A DNA stretch of 64,000 nt. Source: a virus. The position numbers were made by a program, and so were the translations under genes. How positions within the stretch are numbered: position 1 is the first letter of the stretch; every line of letters begins with the position of its first letter. The notes under the pieces are model-generated. The model worked only from the letters and a program-made list of their open reading frames with translations. It ran no database searches and was not told the origin of the DNA. Positions 8,152-18,527 of the stretch are shown here, piece by piece. The DNA lies in the IMG/VR virus record IMGVR_UViG_3300045988_114464, positions 32,001-96,000 of that record; one strand, 5' to 3'.

Positions 8152-10017
8152 ATGGGAAATAGCTTACCAGCTATGGGCGGTATTCGCCGTAAGTTTATGG
8201 CAAAAGAACTCCGAGGAACAGTTAGTGGTGCTGACTTGCTTGAGAAAGAGCAAGAAGAAAAAGTAATTGAATGGGACACATTATTTAGACGTAATTGGGA
8301 TATATACGCAGAATTTTATCTTGGTATTGGTCTAAAGCCATATCAGCGTGAAGCGTTGCATGAGATTGGCACATCCGATGTGTTCTTTTGGCGTGCTGGG
8401 CGTGGTGGTGCAAAGTCATTTATTACTGCTCTTGCCGCAATTTGTAAACTGATGCTTTATCCAAACTGTTGGATTGTTGTTACTGCTTCTACTATTGACC
8501 AAGCAAATAAAATTGTAGAAGATAAGATATTGAGCGAATTGGTTAAAAAATTATCACCATATTTGTTGTATCTTTATGAAAAGCAGTGGCTTGTTATTAC
8601 TAAACCACAAGACGGCTATAAGATTGAAAATACGCTGAACAATAGTGTATTGCGTGTTCTTGCTCCTGTTGAGTCCAGCCGTGGTGTGCGTTCAAATTTC
8701 ACAATTTATGACGAAGTGGCTATTATGAAGAAGGCGAGTATCGACCAAATCTTTGATGGTATGCTTTATCCGCGTCAACCAGTATTTTTGAATAACAATC
8801 CAGAATATGCAAACAACCCACGTTGGCTTGAAGAATCAAAGGCTATTTATCTAACTTCTTCCAAATATAAATATCAATGGTGGTATGGACTTTGGAAGGA
8901 ATGTGTTAAAGGTTGGTTTGATGATAAAAAGACAGTGTTCAATGTTTTTGCTTCAGACTTTTTCGATAATATTGATAATGGTCTAAAGACATGGGGCGAC
9001 TATCGCCGTGCTAAAAAGACTACGGAAGAATTTTCTTTCCGTATGGAGTATCTTAATGAAGCAATAGGTGAAAATGAACACGCCTATTTTACCATTCAGC
9101 AATTCAAAGAAAACCAAACGCTTGAAAAAGCATTTGTTCCTCCAACAAATATCGAAGTTATAACTCAAACCGCGCCTTACAATCCACCGAAGGGCGAAGA
9201 TGAAGTACGCTTGATTCTTGTTGACTACGCATTTGCTAATACAGTAAAGGGTGCTGGTCGAAAAGCAAACGACAATACGATTATTATTTGTATGTCTTTG
9301 CATTGGAAAGAGAATCATTTTGAGCGTCATGTTGATTATATTCAAGGTTGGGAGGCTTCTGATTCCACTGGTGCAGTAAATCGTATTCGTGAATTATATT
9401 GGGACTATCAAACCGACTATATTGTTGATGACCAACAATCTGGCGGTGAAGTAATTTATAATTTATTTACTCAACCTTGGGAACATCCAGAAAGAGGACG
9501 TGCATGGAATAGTCATGGTTTTACTATCAGTGATAAAACTGAATATGTTTCAGCAGTGGCTATTGATAGTAAAATTGAAGATTATAAAATGCGTACAGTT
9601 GACCCGCACGCTATCCCTTGTATTATTCCTGTTAAGGGTTCTTCAACACTTAACGATATTGTGTGGAAAGAAATGCGCCGTCAGCTTGAGTATGGTAATG
9701 TTAAGTTCTTGATTGACACTAACGATTTCCAAGAAACTTTAGTTGACAATGGCGAATATTTCAAAATGACTTCTGAACAGTATGGCGTTGCTTGTGCTCC
9801 ATACAATCATACAGAAGAATTGATAAAAGAAGCAGTAAACCTTAAAGCTGAGTTTAAGCAAGATAAGGTGCGTCTTTCTGAGCCGTTAAACGGTACAAAA
9901 GACCGTATTGTTGCTTTAGCCTATGGTAATTATATTGCTACTTTAATTGAAAACAGATGGAATAAAGATATAGCACAAGATGAATTTGATATTGATTCAA
10001 TTCAGCTTGTGTGGTGA
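8152..10017 (+). CDS. terL: terminase large subunit
   Basis: It has a Walker A-like WRAGRGGAKSF, a Walker B-like FTIYDEVA and a C-terminal RNaseH-like segment (ILVDYAF...). Size and position before the portal fit. Confidence 0.8.
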   Translation: MGNSLPAMGGIRRKFMAKELRGTVSGADLLEKEQEEKVIEWDTLFRRNWDIYAEFYLGIGLKPYQREALHEIGTSDVFFWRAGRGGAKSFITALAAICKLMLYPNCWIVVTASTIDQANKIVEDKILSELVKKLSPYLLYLYEKQWLVITKPQDGYKIENTLNNSVLRVLAPVESSRGVRSNFTIYDEVAIMKKASIDQIFDGMLYPRQPVFLNNNPEYANNPRWLEESKAIYLTSSKYKYQWWYGLWKECVKGWFDDKKTVFNVFASDFFDNIDNGLKTWGDYRRAKKTTEEFSFRMEYLNEAIGENEHAYFTIQQFKENQTLEKAFVPPTNIEVITQTAPYNPPKGEDEVRLILVDYAFANTVKGAGRKANDNTIIICMSLHWKENHFERHVDYIQGWEASDSTGAVNRIRELYWDYQTDYIVDDQQSGGEVIYNLFTQPWEHPERGRAWNSHGFTISDKTEYVSAVAIDSKIEDYKMRTVDPHAIPCIIPVKGSSTLNDIVWKEMRRQLEYGNVKFLIDTNDFQETLVDNGEYFKMTSEQYGVACAPYNHTEELIKEAVNLKAEFKQDKVRLSEPLNGTKDRIVALAYGNYIATLIENRWNKDIAQDEFDIDSIQLVW

Positions 10018-10040
10018 TTATTAAAGAAAGGAGGATTTGA

Positions 10041-11621
10041 TTGGCAGATTCTATTTCAAAACAGGACGTACAGGACGTCATTGATTTTGCACAAGCCATT
10101 GCCGCTATGTCAGGTGAATATGGTATGTATTCTCCAATGATGAGTAATCAACTATTGCAAAATCTAAACAACAATCCTCGTATTCCTTCGCTTGAATCTA
10201 TTCAACAAGCATTATCATCTTATAAAGAAGATGCTGGCACGTTGCAATCCTTTATGGATTTTATGAATAACTATGATATGGTATTTAAGCGTACTTTATA
10301 TAGTTATGCGAATGTGCTTGCTTTTGACTTATCTATGACTTGTACTAATGCTTATTCTCAGCAAGATTACAATTCTAAAGAATACGAAGAAGATAAGAAG
10401 CGAGTATATGATTTTCTTGACAAGTTTAAGTATAAAGACGAGTTTAGAAAATGTGTAGTTGAAGTTCTACTACATGGTGCTTACTTTACTTGGTTTAGAA
10501 AGACTAAGTGGAAGAATCAAGGTATGAAATATGCGCTACAAATAATGCCGCAACAATATTGTATGCTCACAGGATATTGGGAGAAAGGTTTGCTATATGA
10601 CTTTGATTACAGCTATTTCCTAAATCCCGGTGTTGATATTGAAGGATTTGACCCTTCTATGGCTAAGATGTATCGTCAAATGTTTATTGATGGCGATGGT
10701 AGATTGTATAATTATCGTCCTACTCAACCGTTAAATAGACGTACTGGTAAATATGCTTATTGGGGACAGACTTCCCCTGAGGATGGTTCGTGGGTTTTTA
10801 AGCAAAATCCAGAGAACTTTAATACTACGCCATATCTTGCTCCTTTCTTGAAAGACGCTATTACTTCTGCCGAAATCCAGAAGTTACAGCGAGATAAGGA
10901 TATTATTGGTGCTTCAGCTATTCTCGCGGGTGAGATTCGATTGTTCGATAGTGCAAAATCTCAAAAAGCTAATCAATTTGCTATCGACCCAAAAACCCTT
11001 GGTGGTTTTATGGCAAAGGCAAAGGCTGGTCTTGGCAATTTGCTAAAGATTGCGGCGCTACCGCTTGAAAATACCAAATTCTATCAGTTCGTTGATAGCA
11101 ATAGCGATATGTATGAAAATACGCTTGCTACTACCGCTGGCGTTGGCTCTGGTATCAGTCGTGTTATTTATTCGTCTGACCGAATGAGTAATGCTGAAAT
11201 CGAAGCAGGTATTATTGACCAATATAATACTATGAAGCCACTGTATTATCAATTTGAGAATTTTCTTGATTTCTTTGTTAATAAGTTGACAAAGAAATAT
11301 AAATTCCATTTTACTTTTGATGGATGCTCTTATCCATTTGAACGTGAGAAACGATTTGATAAACTAACCAAGATGGCTGATAAAGGTTTGGTTATGAATG
11401 CTTCACAATGGGCTTCGGCTATTGGCGTTGAACCACAAGTATTTGAACGTAGCCTTGCGGAAAGTAAGTACACGGGCTGGGTTGAAGAATATAGCCAGTT
11501 GCTTATGAATGTTAATACGGCTAATACTGGTAGTACTGGTGAAAGTGGCAGACCCAAGAAAGAAGATGGAGATTTGTCCGATTCGGGCGAATTGAATAGA
11601 GATAGTGAGGAAGGTATCTAA
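10041..11621 (+). CDS. portal protein
   Basis: A 526-aa ORF directly after terL with an acidic C-terminus and a TTG start after AAAGGAGGA. The call rests on position and size. Confidence 0.6.
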   Translation: MADSISKQDVQDVIDFAQAIAAMSGEYGMYSPMMSNQLLQNLNNNPRIPSLESIQQALSSYKEDAGTLQSFMDFMNNYDMVFKRTLYSYANVLAFDLSMTCTNAYSQQDYNSKEYEEDKKRVYDFLDKFKYKDEFRKCVVEVLLHGAYFTWFRKTKWKNQGMKYALQIMPQQYCMLTGYWEKGLLYDFDYSYFLNPGVDIEGFDPSMAKMYRQMFIDGDGRLYNYRPTQPLNRRTGKYAYWGQTSPEDGSWVFKQNPENFNTTPYLAPFLKDAITSAEIQKLQRDKDIIGASAILAGEIRLFDSAKSQKANQFAIDPKTLGGFMAKAKAGLGNLLKIAALPLENTKFYQFVDSNSDMYENTLATTAGVGSGISRVIYSSDRMSNAEIEAGIIDQYNTMKPLYYQFENFLDFFVNKLTKKYKFHFTFDGCSYPFEREKRFDKLTKMADKGLVMNASQWASAIGVEPQVFERSLAESKYTGWVEEYSQLLMNVNTANTGSTGESGRPKKEDGDLSDSGELNRDSEEGI

Positions 11622-12124
11622 TGATTGTAACACAAAAAACACAAGACGCTGTTGAACAGCTTATTGGTCAAGCATTTTTTATGAATCGCAAGATTGACCG
11701 TATGGTTAGTGTGTTGGGTGTTAAATTTGCGTTTAATCAAACGTCAAGTTTGATTCATCTTAATATCGCTCATTATTTTCCGCTTGTAGCGGATGTTCTG
11801 GGCGAGAAATGCCTTGAACGCTATAATATTCCAGTATACTATCCTGCTACGCCAGAAGGCAATGAAGATTATCAACTGCCAAGCGAAATTATTCATCGTC
11901 TTGAAGAACTACTACTTGAATATCAAACTATGCTTATGGGCGCTTGTAAAGTGGCTCAAAACAATAACGATATTCATGTTTATGCAGATTTGCTTGAAGT
12001 ATTAAAAGAGTTTAATGTGTATGTTGAGCAAGGTATACTGCTTGTTGATAAGATTGATGCTTATGGCAATGTTCAAGCATTTGACCATGATATTAACAAA
12101 TTCTGGATTTTAGGAGAAAAGTAA
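11621..12124 (+). CDS. hypothetical head-module protein
   Basis: A tightly coupled ORF (ATGA overlap) with predicted helical character. No family was recognised. Confidence 0.5.
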   Translation: MIVTQKTQDAVEQLIGQAFFMNRKIDRMVSVLGVKFAFNQTSSLIHLNIAHYFPLVADVLGEKCLERYNIPVYYPATPEGNEDYQLPSEIIHRLEELLLEYQTMLMGACKVAQNNNDIHVYADLLEVLKEFNVYVEQGILLVDKIDAYGNVQAFDHDINKFWILGEK

Positions 12125-12125
12125 T

Positions 12126-12308
12126 ATGTGCAGAATCGGTGAGCCTTCAGATTTATCATTATATAAATATACTGATGACCCAAATATTATTCTAAGAGTA
12201 CACCAAGCAGGATTCCCCCCAGAGTGGAAAGATTTTTCTGGTGTTGTATATTGGCGTATTACTAATAAGTTGATTAAGGCGTTAAAGAAACACAATATCG
12301 ACCTTTAA
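12126..12308 (+). CDS. hypothetical protein (60 aa)
   Basis: A small co-oriented ORF that fills the gap. Confidence 0.4.
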   Translation: MCRIGEPSDLSLYKYTDDPNIILRVHQAGFPPEWKDFSGVVYWRITNKLIKALKKHNIDL

Positions 12309-12350
12309 GCCTTGATATAATCTTAAAACAGAAGGAGGTGAGTCAGAATA

Positions 12351-14174
12351 TTGGAAAAGAAATATACTTTCGCGGTAGACGATATTCAGCGTATTCAAGC
12401 TGACGATTATGCAGAAGATGAGTTTTGTTTGGCGCGTCTTGGCTTTCTAAGCACACGCCCTAATGCTCATGGACTAATTATTTCTGAAGAAGTGCTTCGT
12501 GAATCTGCGCCAACCATTCTCAATAAATGGCTTGTGGCAGATATGACCGCAGTATATGACGCTTCTACTCACACTGATAAAGAACAGATTGTCGGACGCA
12601 TTCCAGACAATCAAGAAGTAGAATTTGTTGAAGATGAAGATGGCTATCTACGAGCATATGTAGATGTAGTTATTAGTAAAATCTACGCTAAGAATTTTTG
12701 CGAAATGTTTGAACGAAACAACAATCGTTCAGTTAGTGTGGAAATGATTACTTGGGGAACTGAAGAAAATGAAAATGACCTTGTAGGCTTTCGTATTGTA
12801 GGCTGTACTGTTTTGGGTCAGTCAGTTAGTCCCAGTTGTCCTCAATCGGATATTACTTTTACACGCTTTTCAGCCGAAGAAGCTGATAGTTTCTTTGCAC
12901 AAGCTATTGGTGGACTCACCGATTTAACTAAATTTGTGAATGAAAGGAAACGCGCTATGGCTGATAAATCTTACAAAGTAGATAAGTCCAAAGAAGCTAT
13001 GTCGGACGATAATTGGGGTTCTGTTGACAAGACTTCAATGCGTAATAAGATTATGGACGCTTCTAACAAATCCAGTCTTGTAAAATCAGTTTACGCACTG
13101 GTTGAGAGTGGATGGGAAGAATCTCCATCCGAACATCTTAAATATCCAATTATGCAGTTAAAGGGCGACACGTTTGTTTATAATCGTGGTGCGCTATCTT
13201 CTGCGCTTGGGTACGCTAAAAAAGAAGAAGAAACCGCAGTAGTTTCTAAAATTGAAAAGATTTATAAGAAACTTGGTCTTGACTCTGAAGGAAAGGAGGA
13301 AACCGAGAAAATGTCTAAGGAAATTAAATTTGCCGCTGTTAACCTTGACAATCTATGGAGCGCTTTGCGCTCTGCTATGAATGACCATTCTTGGTATTAT
13401 TATATTGACGGTATTTATGAAGAAGATAATCAGAAGTTCGCTATTATTATTGATGACAGAGATGCAGTTAAGAAATATCGTCTTGATTTTAATTACACAG
13501 AAGATGGTCTAACCGTTGCTGATGAAATCACTGAAGTAAAGGTTGATTTTGTTCCTACTGAGAACATAAAGAAGTTTGCCGAACCAGAGAACGCCGAAGA
13601 AGTCAAAAAGTGCGCCGAGCCTGAGAAAAAGGAAGGCGAAGATGGCGATGACGGCAAGGACAATAAGAAGAACGCAGACGGTAAAGCCGAAGGTGAAGAG
13701 GGCGATGATAACGAAAAGAAGAAGCTATCAGACCCAGAGCCAGCAAAAATGTCTGTAGAAGAAATGGAAAAGAAACTTGCTGAACTCCAAAATGATGTTG
13801 AAGAAAAAGAAAACATCATTATGGAAAAGGATAAGAAGCTATCTGAGCAAGAAGCAGAACTTTCCGACCTTCGTGAGTTCAAGGCTGGTATTGAGAAGGA
13901 AGGTCTTTCTAAGGATGTTGAGAAGGTAATGGCAGACGTTAAGGACTTTATTGATAACACTAAGTTTGCCGAACTGCGCGAAGAAGGTCTTGCTTGTGAT
14001 ACTACCAATTTTGATGCGTGGTCTAACAAGGTTAAGGCTACTTGCTTCTCTGCTATTCAGAAGAAGGGGCTAAAGAAGCAGACCAATACTGTTTGGTCTT
14101 TCTCTGCACCAACCGAAACTGAATCGAATGTACCGACCGATTTTTGGTCACAAATGAAATCAAAATATAACTAA
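12351..14174 (+). CDS. prohead protease fused to an acidic coiled-coil scaffold domain
   Basis: The N-terminal region (AHGLIISEEVL...HTDKEQIVGRI...YLRAYVDVV...RSVSVEM) resembles HK97-type (S78) prohead proteases. The C-terminal half is E/K/D-rich and scaffold-like. Confidence 0.55.
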   Translation: MEKKYTFAVDDIQRIQADDYAEDEFCLARLGFLSTRPNAHGLIISEEVLRESAPTILNKWLVADMTAVYDASTHTDKEQIVGRIPDNQEVEFVEDEDGYLRAYVDVVISKIYAKNFCEMFERNNNRSVSVEMITWGTEENENDLVGFRIVGCTVLGQSVSPSCPQSDITFTRFSAEEADSFFAQAIGGLTDLTKFVNERKRAMADKSYKVDKSKEAMSDDNWGSVDKTSMRNKIMDASNKSSLVKSVYALVESGWEESPSEHLKYPIMQLKGDTFVYNRGALSSALGYAKKEEETAVVSKIEKIYKKLGLDSEGKEETEKMSKEIKFAAVNLDNLWSALRSAMNDHSWYYYIDGIYEEDNQKFAIIIDDRDAVKKYRLDFNYTEDGLTVADEITEVKVDFVPTENIKKFAEPENAEEVKKCAEPEKKEGEDGDDGKDNKKNADGKAEGEEGDDNEKKKLSDPEPAKMSVEEMEKKLAELQNDVEEKENIIMEKDKKLSEQEAELSDLREFKAGIEKEGLSKDVEKVMADVKDFIDNTKFAELREEGLACDTTNFDAWSNKVKATCFSAIQKKGLKKQTNTVWSFSAPTETESNVPTDFWSQMKSKYN

Positions 14175-14194
14175 GTAAAGGAGATTAGATAATT

Positions 14195-14746
14195 ATGGCT
14201 ATGAATCATGCTATTCTTGATGGTAGTTCTACCATGTACTGGGATAATGATGCCCTAAACATGGCTGGCGTTTGCGCTACCACCGACCTCGATAATGGTC
14301 AGCTTGTTACCCTAAAGAAGATTAACCGTGTTACTGGCACTGGTGCAGTGGAGGGCTTTGAGTACGAAGTAGCTCCTGCTGAAGCTGGCGCTGACAACGT
14401 ATGGATTGTTGCATCCCCAGAAGTGGGCTATGACCTTGAGTCTCAGCTTCACGATGACCCGCGTTACTTCTTCAATCCGAAGGGTAAGGCAATGTCTGTT
14501 AAGGCTCTTATGGGCGGTGTAGACGTAATTAAGGTAACTAAGGAAGTATTTGCCGCTAACGCACTTCCTGTTGCTAGCGATGTTGATAAGTTTATTCCTG
14601 TTGCCGCTGATGGTAAGTATGGTGCTGTACAGGCAGAAGCACCCGCTTCTGGCGCTTATTTCCGTGTAGAAGGCTTTGGCGCTTTCACTTGCGGTATGGA
14701 AGAAGTACCTGCTGTATACCTTCGTTGTATGGCAAATTATCACTAA
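14195..14746 (+). CDS. hypothetical head protein (decoration or auxiliary)
   Basis: A 183-aa ORF between the scaffold and capsid genes. Confidence 0.5.
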   Translation: MAMNHAILDGSSTMYWDNDALNMAGVCATTDLDNGQLVTLKKINRVTGTGAVEGFEYEVAPAEAGADNVWIVASPEVGYDLESQLHDDPRYFFNPKGKAMSVKALMGGVDVIKVTKEVFAANALPVASDVDKFIPVAADGKYGAVQAEAPASGAYFRVEGFGAFTCGMEEVPAVYLRCMANYH

Positions 14747-14767
14747 TTGAAAGGAGAGTAGATATAT

Positions 14768-15681
14768 ATGATTATGAATCCTGAACTCGTAAAGTTTGCG
14801 GCTGATTCTCAGACTGGTTTCTATGATGCTGCTATGCGCTATTTCTGCGATGGCGAAAAGACCGCAGATAACAAGGAACTAATGCACAAGGCTTTTATGG
14901 CTGAAGTAGAGCACAAGTCTCACTTTGCTCGTGAAGGTCTTGACGTTAATGCTTGGATTGGCAACCCGTCTGTTTCTTGGGCGGCAATGAGTATCGTTGA
15001 CTCCACCATCCGTGCAATTATTCCTGTGACCATTCTACCACACTTTAATCTATTTGCTGATTTCCGCACCCAAGGCTTTGGTGATATTACCAAGTTTACT
15101 ATTCAGCCACGTTCTTTCTATGTTGTTTCTAAGGGCGGTCGTGCGGAACGTACTTCTTTCCGTCAGAGAAAGTTCAATTCTGATGTTACTCTGACCCCAG
15201 AAGAGCACATTATTACTATCTTTGAGAAGATGTATAATGTACTGTCTGGTCGTGTAAACATTGCTGACTTCATGGCATGGGTAATGCTGTCTGTTCAGAC
15301 CGAGATGTACACTGACGCTCTGATTGCTCTGAACGGCGGTCTTGCTACCATTCCAAACGGTTCTCTGAATGTAAACGGCGCATTTGACATGAAAACTCTT
15401 GTTAAGATGTGCGAAACTGTTCAGTACCGTAACGGTGGCGTAAAGCCGATTATTGCTGGCTCTGCAACCGCTCTAATGAACGTACTACCAGATTCTACTT
15501 CTGGCTATCGTATGAACGTAGATGGTGAAGGCAATGGTTCTATCGAACTACTCCGCAATATTATGGGTTACACCGTAATGAAGCTGGATAATGCTGTTAC
15601 TAAGGCTGGTGAACTGATTCTGCCTGATGATAAGATTTATGTTATTAGCCCATCTCAGGATAAGCTACTGAAGGGTGACTT
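14768..15681 (+). CDS. major capsid protein, exon 1 (3' boundary approximate)
   Basis: A long ORF after the scaffold gene. Its frame closes at 15695 just as td-like intron sequence starts. The capsid-like C-terminus resumes at about 17018. Confidence 0.6.
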
Positions 15682-15878
15682 ATGCCCTGCTTGTTAAGTG
15701 ATTAGCAAGTATTTTGCGTTAAATGCTTTGAATCCCTAAAGCCTACAAAACTCAAACAGTAATTGGAAACGATAAGCTGTGTAGTTACGAAAGTAGAAAA
15801 AATTTGTAGGATATTCATAAGGTTAAATCCTAAGTGAATGTAAATGGGTCTTTAGCAAGGAATGTCCTAAGTATAATA

Positions 15879-15907
15879 TTGACTATTATTGCAAAGTATG
15901 CTATAAT
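15879..15907 (+). promoter_or_regulatory. intron-internal promoter
   Basis: TTGACT, a 17-nt spacer, then TGc-TATAAT. It lies inside a roughly 35-nt insert that the paralogous intron lacks. Confidence 0.5.
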
Positions 15908-16029
15908 ATATTATATATGGAAAACCTTCAACGATTATCTCCTTATGGGAGAGTAGGCTACAAGCTAATGGTAGTCGAAAAATGCAACTCTTATACATTA
16001 TAAAAATTTTTAAGAAAGGAGGGAAAAAT

Positions 16030-16920
16030 ATGTTAGTCCCCAATCAATATATTACTGTTAATTGGCATCCAAGAAATAAAGTACATTTGGAAAGTAAAGG
16101 ATATATTTACACACACATTGGTCTACCTGTTCAAGTTAAAGTTGAAGATATGATGGCAGGTTCAAAATGCAGAGTAAAAGTACAATGCGATTATTGTGGA
16201 AAAATATATACCAAGGTATATAAAGATTATTTTGCTCAAAGACAAAACGGAAAAGATTGTTGCGCTAAATGTGCTTCTAAAAAGCGAGGAGAAACCAATC
16301 AAGAATTGTATGGCGGTAATGCTCCTGCTTGTTCTCCTAAAGTTGTAGAGAAAATGCAAAAATCTTGTTTAGATAAATATGGCGTTAAAGTGCCTTCTAA
16401 ATCGTCAAAGGTAAAGGCAAAAATGAGAGAAGTTAATATGGAACGATACGGTTTCCCTGTTCCATGCCAAAATCCAAGTGTACGCGCTAAATTTATTGAA
16501 ACAAATCAAAAGCGACATGGTGGTAATGGAAGTCAATGCAATCCAGAAGTTCGTAAGAAAACCATGCAATCTTTTATAAAACATGGTACGATTTGTTCTT
16601 CTGAACCAGAACGCGAAATGGTTAAAAAATTACAAAAGCTATATGGTTCTCAGAATTGCTTTCCACAATATTTGCTTGATAAAATTGTGTTTGATTGTTT
16701 GGTTATTGTTAATGGTGTCAAAATTGATGTAGAATTTGATGGAAAATATTGGCACAAAGACAAACACAAAGATATTCGGAGAGATTATTACAGTTTTTCT
16801 CAAGGATATAAAGTATTACGCTTTAGTGGGGATAACGATGCCCCTACTGAAGAGCAAATTCAACAAGGAATAGACTTTTTGGTGACAACCACTCACCGCC
16901 ATTTAATTATTGATGTATAA
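16030..16920 (+). CDS. intron-encoded Vsr/DUF559-like (PD-(D/E)XK) homing endonuclease
   Basis: I prefer ATG 16030, which follows AAGGAGGG, because it aligns with the N-terminus of the paralog at 21588. The C-terminus KIDVEFDGKYWHKDK..DIRRDYY..GYKVLRF follows the Vsr/DUF559 pattern. The middle has repeated KYGV..P motifs. Confidence 0.7.
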   Translation: MLVPNQYITVNWHPRNKVHLESKGYIYTHIGLPVQVKVEDMMAGSKCRVKVQCDYCGKIYTKVYKDYFAQRQNGKDCCAKCASKKRGETNQELYGGNAPACSPKVVEKMQKSCLDKYGVKVPSKSSKVKAKMREVNMERYGFPVPCQNPSVRAKFIETNQKRHGGNGSQCNPEVRKKTMQSFIKHGTICSSEPEREMVKKLQKLYGSQNCFPQYLLDKIVFDCLVIVNGVKIDVEFDGKYWHKDKHKDIRRDYYSFSQGYKVLRFSGDNDAPTEEQIQQGIDFLVTTTHRHLIIDV

Positions 16921-17017
16921 GATGAAGATATAATCTGGACTCATATGAAAGTATGAGAAGTTTAATTTATAGGGGATTAAACTGGACGGACGTTGCGAAT
17001 CCGTTTGAACACACTCG

Positions 17018-17156
17018 TGTAATGACTACAACCCTATCTAATTCTAACCAGTTCTACGATAATGCAGACCTAACTACTAACTTTACTCAGCGAGTAGAAT
17101 GGGGCTTCATGTTCGCAACTTCTGCATACGCAGGTGTCTACACTATCAACCAGTAA
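17018..17156 (+). CDS. major capsid protein, exon 2 (5' boundary approximate)
   Basis: ...VMTTTLSNSNQFYDNADLTTNFTQRVEWGFMFATSAYAGVYTINQ continues in frame with exon 1 if the intron is removed as modelled. Confidence 0.55.
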
Positions 17157-17198
17157 TAATTGGTAATCGAAATTAAAGGAACGAAAGGAAAATATAAA

Positions 17199-17834
17199 AT
17201 GGCTGAAACTAAGTCCACTGGGCGTGGTCGTCCAAAGAAGGTAGAATCTACTGAAATTGAAGCGCAAGCGCAGATGCAAAATGTAGAAGCTGAAAATGAC
17301 GCGCTAAAGAAGGAACTTACAGACATTAAGGCTCAAATGCAACTGCTGATGAGTTCTATGACTGCGCCTTCTGTGCCAACTCCTACTAAGAAAAATGAAC
17401 GTCTTATTCGTATCGTTAATATGACTAATGGTATGGCGGTGCTTCGTGGTTCTACTATTTGGAAGATTGACGGTCAGTTTAATTACCAAGATTTCTTGGA
17501 AACCGAAGCAAGTATTATTGTTGCTAATATGAGTAATATGGTACGTTCTGGTAGTATCTATATTGACGATGAACAGTTCCGTGCAGACCACAATCTAACG
17601 GACATTTATCGTTATCTACTTAGCAAAGACCAACTGCAACATCTACTGGATAATGACCCAAAGTATGCTATTGAAGCATATAAGGGCGCTAATGACAATC
17701 AGAAGCAGATTATTCTTGATATGATTTGTGATAAGTTGGATAAGGGGCAAGAAGTTGATGGTAATATTCTTATCACTCTGTCTAAGCTAAGTGGCAAGGA
17801 CTTGCTTGAAATGCAAAATGCCAAGGAGGAATAA
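17199..17834 (+). CDS. hypothetical protein with an N-terminal AT-hook-like GRGRPKK and a coiled coil
   Basis: I prefer ATG 17199 after GAAAGGAAAA. The sequence starts MAETKSTGRGRPKKVES. Confidence 0.5.
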   Translation: MAETKSTGRGRPKKVESTEIEAQAQMQNVEAENDALKKELTDIKAQMQLLMSSMTAPSVPTPTKKNERLIRIVNMTNGMAVLRGSTIWKIDGQFNYQDFLETEASIIVANMSNMVRSGSIYIDDEQFRADHNLTDIYRYLLSKDQLQHLLDNDPKYAIEAYKGANDNQKQIILDMICDKLDKGQEVDGNILITLSKLSGKDLLEMQNAKEE

Positions 17835-17837
17835 CCA

Positions 17838-18275
17838 ATGGGTACTCCTTTTGACCGTGTAGAAGATTTGGCTACACGAAAAGTACATGACTGGAAACTT
17901 GGCAAAATCTATAATCGGTCACTTGAAGGATACAATGCTTGGTGTGATGGCTTTCTGTTAAATGCTATTCCAAACTTTGCCAATGATTGTTGGCAAAGTT
18001 TGGAATACAATGAAGAAACTCGTGAGTTTGTATCTGACCTTACACCTACTGAGATTGATATTCTTGCTTGTTTTTGGGTGCTTGAATGGTGGGAACGTGA
18101 AACAAATGATTCGGCGCAAAACGCCGCAAAAATGCAAACATCTTCGTTTAGTACACATTCTCCTGCACAGCATATGAAGGAAGAACAAGTGATTATCAAC
18201 ACAAAGCGTGAATCAGCATATCAGAAAATCAATGATTATCTGGTGCAAGACCTTGATAAGATTGGAGGTCTATAA
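17838..18275 (+). CDS. hypothetical head-tail joining module protein
   Basis: A co-oriented, coupled ORF. The call is by position only. Confidence 0.45.
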   Translation: MGTPFDRVEDLATRKVHDWKLGKIYNRSLEGYNAWCDGFLLNAIPNFANDCWQSLEYNEETREFVSDLTPTEIDILACFWVLEWWERETNDSAQNAAKMQTSSFSTHSPAQHMKEEQVIINTKRESAYQKINDYLVQDLDKIGGL

Positions 18276-18523
18276 TGGATAGAATTGATGAAATCTTCAA
18301 TGTGCTTGTTCAATATGAAAAGGCGATTGATGATAATGATACTTCTGCTACGCTGGATTCTTACCTTAGTTATGTAGATAAGCTATATGTACGGTATTTT
18401 GGTCAGAACCATAGCGATATTAGTGCTTATCTAAAAGGATTGTATTTACTGGGTGCAGACGCACATCATGATACTGTAAAACGAGTAGTATTTGATATTA
18501 TCCATATTCTTGAAAAGGAGTGA
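18275..18523 (+). CDS. hypothetical protein (82 aa)
   Basis: A coupled ORF with an ATGA-type junction. Confidence 0.45.
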   Translation: MDRIDEIFNVLVQYEKAIDDNDTSATLDSYLSYVDKLYVRYFGQNHSDISAYLKGLYLLGADAHHDTVKRVVFDIIHILEKE

Positions 18524-18527
18524 GCCA

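Larger units (their letters stand above)
15682..17017 (+). mobile_element. group I intron (T4 td-like, IA2-type) in the capsid gene
   Basis: It contains GTCCTAAGT, the R-like element TTCAACGATTATCTCC..GGGAGAGTAGG, the S-like element AGATATAATCTGG, the P8 hairpin CTCATA-TGAAAG-TATGAG and a 3' end TTTGAACACACTCG that resembles td ...TCTGAACATAATG. The alternative junction is 15692/17020. Confidence 0.7.

Noticed and set aside
12209-12214. Additional phase-variable tracts (C6 at 12209-12214 and G6 at about 20433-20438)
   Set aside because: Six-nt runs are too short for efficient slippage, and both sit in intact reading frames.
13493-14029. A 178-aa Ser-rich ORF on the minus strand
   Set aside because: It is antisense to the acidic E/K/D-rich scaffold region. 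Low-complexity shadow ORFs like this arise from GAA/GAT/AAG repeats on the opposite strand, and it has no RBS.
15982-16029. The upstream Met (15982) given by the ORF track for the first intron endonuclease
   Set aside because: The AAGGAGGG RBS precedes ATG 16030, and the protein from 16030 aligns residue for residue with the paralog's N-terminus. The extra 16 codons overlap the intron core.
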